Origin: Oligosphaeraceae bacterium
GTDB taxonomy: Bacteria; Verrucomicrobiota; Lentisphaeria; Oligosphaerales; Oligosphaeraceae
Assembly: GCA_012515455.1 (NCBI GenBank)
Contig: JAAYYJ010000293.1
Coordinates: forward strand, 1 to 36,872
Direction of reading: 5' to 3'
Length of the DNA: 36,872 bases
A program made the position numbers and the translations under genes. How positions within the stretch are numbered: the stretch's first letter is position 1; each line of letters begins with the position of its first letter. Shown here one piece after another: positions 17,726 to 25,324 of this stretch. The notes beneath the pieces were generated by a model. The model was not told where the DNA came from, ran no database searches, and saw only the letters and a list, made by a program, of their open reading frames with translations.

Positions 17726-18496
17726 ATGGAAATTAACAACCTGGAAAAATTCACCGCCAAGATTGCGGCTGGTCGCCTGTGCCTGGGCAGCGTCATCACC
17801 CTGTCTGATCCGGTGGTCAGCGAGCTGGCCGGCGACTGCGGCCTGGATTTCACCTGGATCGACGCGGAACACGCGCCGTTCTCCCTGGAGAACATCCAGG
17901 GGCATATCATGGCCCTGCGCGGAACCGACTGCGCTCCGCTGGTGCGCGTCGCCTGGAACGACTTCGCGATCATCAAACCGGTGCTCGATCTGGCTCCCGC
18001 CGGAATCATCATCCCCATGGTCTGCACGGCTGCGGAAGCCGCAGAAGCGGTCGCGGCCTGTAAATACCCGCCCCGGGGCCGGCGCGGCTGCGGCGTCCGC
18101 CGCGCCAACCGTTACGGGCAGATGCCCTTCGCCGAATACCTGCGCCATGCGGATGCCGAACCGATGGTCATCATCCAGATCGAGCATATCGACGCGGTCA
18201 GGAACCTGGATGCGATTTTGCAGGTCCCGGGCATTGACAGCATCTGCATCGGCCCCTGCGACCTCTCCGGTTCCATGGGTAAGCTTAACCAGTGTGACGA
18301 CCCGGAGGTGGTGACGGTGATAGAGGAAATCTGCCGCAAGACGCTGCAGGCCGGTCTCATCCTCGGTACCGCTTCAGCGCCCTATTCCACTTGGAAGAAA
18401 CGCGGTCTGCACTGGATGGCCATCACCAGCGACTGCGGCAGCATGAGCGCCACTTACCGGCGCATCCTGGCCGAAGCCTCCGCAGAGCAGTCATAA
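17726..18496 (+). CDS. HpcH/HpaI-family 2-keto-3-deoxy-acid aldolase
   Basis: 256 aa. Family patterns are present (..DFTWIDAEHAPF.., ..IIIPMV.., KYPPRGRRG, ..IQIEH..AV.N...I..VPGID...IGP.DLS). Confidence 0.8.
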   Translation: MEINNLEKFTAKIAAGRLCLGSVITLSDPVVSELAGDCGLDFTWIDAEHAPFSLENIQGHIMALRGTDCAPLVRVAWNDFAIIKPVLDLAPAGIIIPMVCTAAEAAEAVAACKYPPRGRRGCGVRRANRYGQMPFAEYLRHADAEPMVIIQIEHIDAVRNLDAILQVPGIDSICIGPCDLSGSMGKLNQCDDPEVVTVIEEICRKTLQAGLILGTASAPYSTWKKRGLHWMAITSDCGSMSATYRRILAEASAEQS

Positions 18497-18541
18497 AAAG
18501 CCGCCGTCCCAGTACGGTACCAACCCCCACAGGAGTCTGGA

Positions 18542-19342
18542 ATGAAAATGCCGCCATTGTTGCTCGCCGCCGCCTTCGCCATCTTCGCCAGCAGCAGGCT
18601 ATGCGCCCAGGAGGTGAATTTCACCCCGGTGCGCATTGAGCCGCGTTTCCCCGGCCATTGCCAGGGCCTCTGCTGCGATGACGAATTCCTCTACATTTCC
18701 TTTACCAGCGCCATCATCAAGGTCGATTACCAGGGCCGGCTGATTGCTGAAACCGCCATCCCCAGCCACGCCGGGGATCTCTGCCTGGTTGAGGACAAAA
18801 TCTACGTCGCCCAGGCGCTGCGGGGCACAACCCGCAACGGTGGTTACGCCGTGGTGCTGGACAAGGACCTGCAGATTCTCCAGAGCATCCCCCTGCCCCG
18901 CACCCCCAAACCGGGCTGCATCGCATACCTGGACGGCTTTTTCTATCTCGACAACGACGCGTTCGGACGAGAGCCGCACCCGATCAACCACGTCCATAAA
19001 TATGACCGCGATTTCAACTTCCTGCAGCAGTACGAGGTAGCCATCGGGGACACCAAATACGGTGCCCAGACCATGACTGCCCAGCAGGGCTCGCTCTGGA
19101 TGGGATACTACAGCCAGACGCGCTTGGTGCAGGCTGACCCGGACCTGCAGGTCCGGACCAAGTTACCCAGCCCGAACTGCAGTGAGGGACTCTGTGCCGC
19201 ACCACCCCGGCTGTCCGGCAAAAATCCGCGCTTCCTGGTCGCCAACAACCTCAACCGCAAGGACGAGCAGGAGCGCAGGCTCTTCGGCACGCTGATCAGC
19301 CTGCAGGAATTCCGGGACGGCACCTTCGTCATCCTGCCCTGA
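18542..19342 (+). CDS. Secreted hypothetical protein (possibly beta-propeller-like)
   Basis: 266 aa. It has a signal peptide (MKMPPLLLAAAFAIFASSRLCAQE) and GGAG upstream. I recognise no family motif. Confidence 0.6.
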   Translation: MKMPPLLLAAAFAIFASSRLCAQEVNFTPVRIEPRFPGHCQGLCCDDEFLYISFTSAIIKVDYQGRLIAETAIPSHAGDLCLVEDKIYVAQALRGTTRNGGYAVVLDKDLQILQSIPLPRTPKPGCIAYLDGFFYLDNDAFGREPHPINHVHKYDRDFNFLQQYEVAIGDTKYGAQTMTAQQGSLWMGYYSQTRLVQADPDLQVRTKLPSPNCSEGLCAAPPRLSGKNPRFLVANNLNRKDEQERRLFGTLISLQEFRDGTFVILP

Positions 19343-19371
19343 GCCGCCCGCGGCAGGGAAGGCCTCAGTAC

Positions 19372-20454
19372 TCAGCCCCGGAGAATGTCGGCCAGGGCGG
19401 GAAGCATCTGCTTACGCTCCAGCTCCGCCGCCTGTCCGAAGGCGTGGAGAACCGGCCCGAACGCATGGTTATCATTCAGCTTCCAGGGATGCAGGGCGTA
19501 ATCTGCCACGGTCCCGTTGTAGCCGGGCGCCAGACAGCCAATGCAGCAGTTGAAGACCGATCCGTCCAAGCTCACATAACGGAGCAACGCCCGCAACCCG
19601 CGCAGGTAGTGGGGCAGGAAAAGCCCCCTGTCCAGGCTGCCGTTGGCCAAACCCCGCCCCAAGGCATACAGGATCAGCCCCGTGCCCGAGGTCTCGGGGT
19701 AGGAGCCGAAGTCTTCCAGTGCCTGATGCCACATCCCCTGGTCATCCTGATAGGGCAGCACTTTCGCCAGCACCTCCTGGGTAAGAGCGCGCAGCGGCTG
19801 GCAGTCAGGATGCTCTGGCGGGACATCATCAGCCAGCTCAGCCAGCGCGAACACAGCCCAGCCCTGGCCCCGGCCCCAGTGCCCGGGGGTCAGGCAGCCG
19901 CTGTTGTTGGCATTGAAGGCCTGGTGATAAATGCCCAGCTTCGCGTCAAACAGGCGCCGGTGATGCCCCAGCATCTGGCGACAGGCCTCGTCAACGAACT
20001 CAGCCTGGCCGGAAGTCTTCCCGACCCAGAGCAGGAAGGGACAGACTCCGAACACGGTATCAATCCAGACATAGTTGTTGTAAGGCACTAAATGTTTCTG
20101 AAACAGCCCGTCTTCTGAGCGGGGATGCTCGTGGCAGAGCATCCCCGCGGCCGCGCACAGCGTCCCGGCCGCTTCGGGAAGCTCGCCCTGCTGCCACAAC
20201 CAGGCCGCGGCGTTGCCGCCAAAGCGATAGACATTGTAGCCGAAAGTCCCGCCGCAGGTCTTGATCTCACCCAAAATCCAGGGCTGCAGCATTTCGCGCA
20301 CCTGTGCCAGCACTGCTGTATCGCCGCAGAGCCGGCTGTGCCGGGCCATACCGTGCAAGGTCAGCACACTGGTGTAGTTAGGGGAAAAATTATGGCTGCA
20401 CCAGCATTTCCAGACCTGTGAGACCACCTCGGCATAAGTCATTGCTGAAGACAT
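19372..20454 (-). CDS. GH88/GH105-family unsaturated glucuronyl / rhamnogalacturonyl hydrolase
   Basis: 360 aa. The characteristic HWGRGQGW motif and (alpha/alpha)6 barrel-type repeats are present, with GGAG upstream of the ATG. Confidence 0.75.
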   Translation of the reverse strand: MSSAMTYAEVVSQVWKCWCSHNFSPNYTSVLTLHGMARHSRLCGDTAVLAQVREMLQPWILGEIKTCGGTFGYNVYRFGGNAAAWLWQQGELPEAAGTLCAAAGMLCHEHPRSEDGLFQKHLVPYNNYVWIDTVFGVCPFLLWVGKTSGQAEFVDEACRQMLGHHRRLFDAKLGIYHQAFNANNSGCLTPGHWGRGQGWAVFALAELADDVPPEHPDCQPLRALTQEVLAKVLPYQDDQGMWHQALEDFGSYPETSGTGLILYALGRGLANGSLDRGLFLPHYLRGLRALLRYVSLDGSVFNCCIGCLAPGYNGTVADYALHPWKLNDNHAFGPVLHAFGQAAELERKQMLPALADILRG

Positions 20455-20662
20455 CTTCTGCTCCTGTGTGAATTAATTTTTCGTCTGCAGTACCCTCTGC
20501 AGGCCTTTAGTTTACTCTCAAAAAACCTGCTTGCAAGCCGGCACCCCAAAAATCCTTGTCGCTGCGAATGCAATAATCAATACTGCAATTCGTTATATTA
20601 TCAGTGTGCGGCAAACTGCCGAACCAATTTTCTCGCCAGAATAAATTAAAAGGAACACCACG

Positions 20663-21211
20663 ATGATGAAAAAGCTCCTGACTCTGCTGACCATCAGCGC
20701 CCTGGGTACGGTAATGGCCCAGGAAGCCGCTCCCGCCGCTCCCGCCGCCAAACCGGCCGAAGCCGCCAAACCGGCCGAAACCGCTAAGCCGGCCGTCGCC
20801 CGCCCGCAACGCAACCGTGGCGGCGAGCGCAATATGAACCGTGGCGGCGGTGGGGACAACAAGGAATTTTTTGTGAACCGGATGCGTGACGTATCGGCCA
20901 AACTGGTCAAGAAATACGACGCTGATGCTGACGGCACCCTTAATGACGCTGAGAAGGCCGCCCTGCAAAAAGACCTGAAGACGGTGGAGGAATTCACGGA
21001 GATCGCCAACATCTTCCAGATCCGCCAGCTGCAGGCTGCCGACAGTGACGGCGATTTCAGCCTCAGTGCTGAAGAGGTTGAAAAAATTGACATGCAGAAG
21101 ATCCGCCAAAGCATCATGCCTCGGAACCGCCCTCAGCCCCCCAGCCGGCGTGAACGCCCGAACCGCCCCCAGCCAGCTCCGGCGGCGCCTGATGCCCCCG
21201 CGGCACAGTAA
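20663..21211 (+). CDS. Secreted EF-hand calcium-binding protein
   Basis: 182 aa. It has a signal peptide, an AAKPAE-type repeat and two EF-hand loops (DADADGTLNDAE, DSDGDFSLSAEE). The tail is Pro/Arg-rich. Confidence 0.7.
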   Translation: MMKKLLTLLTISALGTVMAQEAAPAAPAAKPAEAAKPAETAKPAVARPQRNRGGERNMNRGGGGDNKEFFVNRMRDVSAKLVKKYDADADGTLNDAEKAALQKDLKTVEEFTEIANIFQIRQLQAADSDGDFSLSAEEVEKIDMQKIRQSIMPRNRPQPPSRRERPNRPQPAPAAPDAPAAQ

Positions 21212-21234
21212 TTACCCCCCAGTATAACCTCAAG

Positions 21235-21279
21235 GGGCGGGCAGACTCAGCGACAGCAGTCTGCCCGCCCTGTTTTTTT
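21235..21279 (+). terminator. Rho-independent terminator of the EF-hand gene
   Basis: A perfect 13-bp stem GGGCGGGCAGACT / AGTCTGCCCGCCC with a 10-nt loop is followed by TGTTTTTTT. Confidence 0.85.
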
Positions 21280-21326
21280 CTCTTCCTCGGCCAGCCCCCC
21301 CCATCCATCGCCCCGGCCGTCCTGGC

Positions 21327-21887
21327 TCAGTGCGGCCCGAGGCTGTTCCAGCAGGCCTTGGCGGCAGCGAGAATTTCCTCGGTCGCGATCATCCGGCCCT
21401 TGCCTTCCGGTCCGCAGGCGACTTTGCCGCTGACCGGTCCCAGGAACTGCACCCCGCGTTCCTGCAGAATCCGGCAATTGCTCTGAGTGGCAGGGTGATT
21501 CCACATGCGCGGATTCATGGCCGGTGCCACCAGCACAGGACCGCTATGCGAGAGATAAAAAGTGGAGAGGACATCATCAGCGATACCCTGCGCCATCTTG
21601 GCCAGGATATTGGCCGTGGCCGGCGCAATCAGCAGCAGCGCCGACCGGTCAGCCAGGTCAATATGACCAGGCTTCCAGTCCGGCAGAGTCCATAAGTCGG
21701 TCAGCACCGGACGCTGCGAGAGGGTAAAGAAAGTCTGGGCACAGACCAGCTTCCGGGCATTTTCGGTCATAATCACCTGCACCGGGATGCCGGCCTGGCT
21801 TAGTTTGCTGGTCAAGTCCGCAGCCTTGTAGGCGGCAATCGACCCGGTAACTCCCAGCACCAGTACCTGCGTCGGCTCTGTGTTCAT
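21327..21887 (-). CDS. coaC: Phosphopantothenoylcysteine decarboxylase (stand-alone CoaC flavoprotein; no CoaB domain)
   Basis: It matches the CoaBC N-terminal half (GVTGSIAAYKAADL.., APATANILAKMAQGIADDVLS, PAMNPRMW, ACG..GKGRM). I prefer the start at MNTEPTQ (21887), which makes an ATGA overlap with the gmk stop; the ORF-track start is 21923. Confidence 0.8.
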   Translation of the reverse strand: MNTEPTQVLVLGVTGSIAAYKAADLTSKLSQAGIPVQVIMTENARKLVCAQTFFTLSQRPVLTDLWTLPDWKPGHIDLADRSALLLIAPATANILAKMAQGIADDVLSTFYLSHSGPVLVAPAMNPRMWNHPATQSNCRILQERGVQFLGPVSGKVACGPEGKGRMIATEEILAAAKACWNSLGPH

Positions 21888-22507
21888 AGCCAAGGCTCCT
21901 TGTTCTGCATGGTAGTGCGGCATTTGGCCGCAGTGATTATGGCCGCCAGGGCGGCAGCAGCCGCATCGGCATTGTCATTAATCAGCAAATAATCGTATTC
22001 CCGCCAGTGCTGCAGCTCCTGCAATCCTGCTTCCAGCCGCCGCTGGATCGCCGCCGCGTCCTCAGTCCTGCGCCCGCGCAGACGCTCTGCCAGGGCGTTC
22101 AGCGAGGGCGGGGCCATGAATACAGTCAGGAAGTGTTGCACTAAGGCGCTGCCGGCGATATTGCCGAGGATCTGCCGGGCGCCTTGGACGTCGATATCCA
22201 GGATGACATTGGTTCCCGCTGCGAGCCGGGGAAAAACCTCACTCTTCAGGGTGCCGTAAAACTGCCCGTGCACCTCAGCCCACTCCAGGAATTCACCTTG
22301 ATCCCGCCGGACTGCAAATTCTTCCTGGCTGACGAAGTTGTAATGCACGCCCTGCTGCTCCCCGGGACGTGGCGCCCGGGTGGTACAGGACACGGAAAAA
22401 CCGGTACTGCTCAGCTGATTAAACAGATTCCTGCACACAGTCGATTTGCCCACGCCGCTGGGACCGGACAGAATGACCGCCATGGCGGCAGGGACGGTAT
22501 TGCTCAT
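21884..22507 (-). CDS. gmk: Guanylate kinase
   Basis: 207 aa. It has the P-loop LSGPSGVGKST and the overall Gmk pattern (..CTTRAPRPGE..G..Y.FV). Confidence 0.9.
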   Translation of the reverse strand: MSNTVPAAMAVILSGPSGVGKSTVCRNLFNQLSSTGFSVSCTTRAPRPGEQQGVHYNFVSQEEFAVRRDQGEFLEWAEVHGQFYGTLKSEVFPRLAAGTNVILDIDVQGARQILGNIAGSALVQHFLTVFMAPPSLNALAERLRGRRTEDAAAIQRRLEAGLQELQHWREYDYLLINDNADAAAAALAAIITAAKCRTTMQNKEPWL

Positions 22508-22577
22508 AGTGTGACCTCAGTATAATCCGAAAAACCGCACGCGACAACCGGGACAAACAGTACTCTTGTTCGCAACC

Positions 22578-24602
22578 CTACGGCAGGACAAAACGCAGCG
22601 CCGACCCATCCGGCGCAGTCAAATTCAGCGACGAGAGCAGGTCCGGCAAAGCTTCGGGGACCCTGCTCGGGGGCACCGCAGAATCCTGCAGCAGCACTCG
22701 CAGCCCGCCCGAGTCCTGCTCCAACGAGACCTGCCCGTCCAGCAGCACTTGACGGCAGCGCAGCTGCTGCCAGAGCGGCAGGGCAGCGAACTGCGGCGCG
22801 GCGGCCAGACGGCTGTAGGCCAGCAGCGGAAACAGACGCGGATTGTAAGGATACCATAGCCGGGCCTGCTCCAGGCTGGCGCCTGCCCCGGCCAGGTCCC
22901 CACGCAGCAGTTGCACCTTGGCTAAACGGCAGTGCGAAGACGAACGGTGCGGCGTGCGCTGCACCAGCAGCCGGCACGAAGCGTCAGCCGCCGCCAGATC
23001 GCCATTGGCCAGAGCAATCTCACTGCGCAGGCGGCAGGGCGTGGGTGAGTAAGGCAGGCGCTCTTCAACCGAACGCAGACGCGACAGAGCCGCGGAAAGA
23101 CTGGAGACCTTTTGAGCTGCGACCAGCTGCAGGTCATGCTCGGCGGAGACCCGCAGCAGCACCAGACCGGCGAGCAGCCCCGCCAGGATGCCGCCGCCGC
23201 GCCAGAGCACATTTGCGCAGCGCCCGGTCGCCCCCGCCAGCCGGGACCGCTCCGGGGCGGGAGCAAAAAGCCACAGCCCGACAAAGGAAGCCAGAAAGAC
23301 CGTGCCGGGGATGGTATCGTTGAACTGGAATTGCGAGTGCAGCAGCCAGGCGCACCAGCCGGAACCGGCCGCCAGCACAAAACGGCGGTCAGGATGCTGA
23401 TGCTGCCGCCAGAAGCCCAGGACCAGCGCCAGCGGAAAGGCCAGGCGCAGGCAGGCCGCCAGCAGCCCCGGCACCCCGCACTGCCCCAGCAGGGCGAAGA
23501 GCATCGAGTGCGGATCGCGGGCCTCTTCTGCCAGTGGCGGCTTCAGGCGCATGTGCCAAGGGAAAAATTCCCCCAGCCCGGCCCCGGTGACAGGATAGCG
23601 CGAGAAAATCTGCACCGACGTGCGGTAGTACTGCAAGCGAACCGAGGCCGAAAGCAGGTCCCGGTCTGTGGCCAAAGTCACTGCCAGCATCAGGGCCAGG
23701 GACAGGGCTGCCCCGCCCCCGAGCAGGCCGAGACGCCAGGACAGACGCAGAGGGCACAGCCAGATGCACACCGCCAAGCCCCCTCCGAAGCCCAGCAGCG
23801 CCCCCCGGCTGCCGCTCCACAGCAGCGCCCCCAGGAACAGCACCCCGCCGCCACCGAGAAAAACCACCCTGCTCCACCGGCGAAGCGCAAATCTCTGCGA
23901 CCAGTTATGCAAGGCCAGTAGCAGCAGCGGACAGGTCAGCAACAGGTGCGCGGCATAGATATTGGGGTCCACAAAATATCCGTAAGCGCGGGTCTGAGAC
24001 AGCTTGGCCTGGATTTGCGCAGTCAGTTCCTGACCGGTCTCGCGGGCGTTCTCCAGCATCATCTGACGATTGGCGGACAGGCCCCCAAAATGCTGTTGCC
24101 AGCCCTTCAGACAGCAGAGCAGGGTACTGAGCGCTATGGTGTTCAGCAAGGCCGGCAGCAACTTCTCGTCACTGTCCTGAGCCCAGTACACTGCCAATGC
24201 CAGACAGGCCGCACCCCAGAAATGCCGGAGCCAGTTAAAAGCGTATTCCCACTCGGTGGTATGGTTCAATCCAGCCAGCCCTGCCAGCAGCGGCACGGCT
24301 GCCAACAGGGGAATGGCCAAACGCACGGAGAGCCTGGGCAGCGGGCGCAGGCAACAGGCCAGCAGCAGGGCAACCCCAGCGGCCGCACCCGGCAGGAAGG
24401 CCGGCCAGCAGGTGAAAAGGGCCCATTCCCAGACATCCAGGGGGAGGTCCGGCTGTTCGCCGCCACCGATAAAGGTGCCAAATTTGAGGGGCAGCAGAAA
24501 AATCAGCAGGCACAGATACCAGCGCACCAGAGTCTGACTGAGCTCAGAAAAACGGTTGGCGTGACTGGCTGTATGGCTGACGGCTGAAGGGTGGTTGTTC
24601 AT
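22578..24602 (-). CDS. O-antigen ligase-like (Wzy_C-type) polytopic membrane protein fused to C-terminal TPR repeats
   Basis: 674 aa. About 12 hydrophobic segments include a large loop region (..WSGSRGALLGF..), and the C-terminal ~200 aa carries TPR-like helices. Confidence 0.65.
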   Translation of the reverse strand: MNNHPSAVSHTASHANRFSELSQTLVRWYLCLLIFLLPLKFGTFIGGGEQPDLPLDVWEWALFTCWPAFLPGAAAGVALLLACCLRPLPRLSVRLAIPLLAAVPLLAGLAGLNHTTEWEYAFNWLRHFWGAACLALAVYWAQDSDEKLLPALLNTIALSTLLCCLKGWQQHFGGLSANRQMMLENARETGQELTAQIQAKLSQTRAYGYFVDPNIYAAHLLLTCPLLLLALHNWSQRFALRRWSRVVFLGGGGVLFLGALLWSGSRGALLGFGGGLAVCIWLCPLRLSWRLGLLGGGAALSLALMLAVTLATDRDLLSASVRLQYYRTSVQIFSRYPVTGAGLGEFFPWHMRLKPPLAEEARDPHSMLFALLGQCGVPGLLAACLRLAFPLALVLGFWRQHQHPDRRFVLAAGSGWCAWLLHSQFQFNDTIPGTVFLASFVGLWLFAPAPERSRLAGATGRCANVLWRGGGILAGLLAGLVLLRVSAEHDLQLVAAQKVSSLSAALSRLRSVEERLPYSPTPCRLRSEIALANGDLAAADASCRLLVQRTPHRSSSHCRLAKVQLLRGDLAGAGASLEQARLWYPYNPRLFPLLAYSRLAAAPQFAALPLWQQLRCRQVLLDGQVSLEQDSGGLRVLLQDSAVPPSRVPEALPDLLSSLNLTAPDGSALRFVLP

Positions 24603-24789
24603 GCATAAAGGCTGCCGGCGGTCTGGAGCGTAATTTTCTAACTATAATCTAACAAATGGCAAATGCAAGACAAAAACGTCTTCCTGCGCACTGTCCGGAC
24701 AGGCCGCGTACAGCCCCAGGGAGAGCCTAAAGGCAGCCAGTAACCCAACGGCCCGGAGGCGAATAATTGCCGCATTATTAGCAAAAAAC

Positions 24790-24817
24790 TTGCAAAACCG
24801 GAAAATAATATTAAATT
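24790..24817 (+). promoter_or_regulatory. Candidate sigma70-like promoter for yajC-secDF-hrpB
   Basis: TTGCAA, a 16-nt spacer, then TAAATT. A 6-bp hairpin (CCGCTG-tcttc-CAGCGG) lies in the putative leader. Confidence 0.3.
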
Positions 24818-24887
24818 GAAGGGTTTACAGTTCGAAGCAATCCGCTGTCTTCCAGCGGGGCAAGTTTATTATTCTACGGAGCAAGCA

Positions 24888-25235
24888 GTGAATTTTTTTC
24901 TGACCCAGGCTATTTTTTTAGGCCAAGCCGCCGGCGGCTCTGGCGGTAGTCCTTTTTCCGGTTTAATCATCCTGATTCCCCTGTTCGGGCTGATGTATTT
25001 CCTGCTTTACCGGCCGCAGCAGCAGAAACAGAAACAGCTGCAGGAGATGCTGAGCAAGCTTAAGGTCGGCGACCGGGTTATGACCAGCAGCGGGGCATTG
25101 GGGGTCATCAGCAAGGTTTCGGAAAAGACGGTGCATATCACCTTGGCCGACAAAGTCGAGATTGAGTTCATCCGGGCTGCGGTAGCGGAAATCATCAAGC
25201 ATGACCCCGAGCCTCCAGCCGCTAAAACGAAATAG
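24888..25235 (+). CDS. yajC: Preprotein translocase subunit YajC
   Basis: The YajC pattern is present (LIPLFGLMYFLLYRPQQQKQKQLQEML..LKVGDRVMTSSGALGVI). I prefer the GTG start at 24888 because GGAG lies about 7 nt upstream; the ORF-track TTG start at 24816 would add an unlikely extension. Confidence 0.85.
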   Translation: MNFFLTQAIFLGQAAGGSGGSPFSGLIILIPLFGLMYFLLYRPQQQKQKQLQEMLSKLKVGDRVMTSSGALGVISKVSEKTVHITLADKVEIEFIRAAVAEIIKHDPEPPAAKTK

Positions 25236-25324
25236 CCCGACGGAGTATTTCCCCGGTTGGGATTATTGACTGCCACCCGGCTGATTTACTACTTATTCTT
25301 ATCAATTCCAAGGTTAAAGAACAG

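Noticed and set aside
17546-18187. Minus-strand ORFs 17546-18187 and 17629-18108
   Set aside because: They are antisense to the HpcH-family aldolase, which has clear family motifs and an SD.
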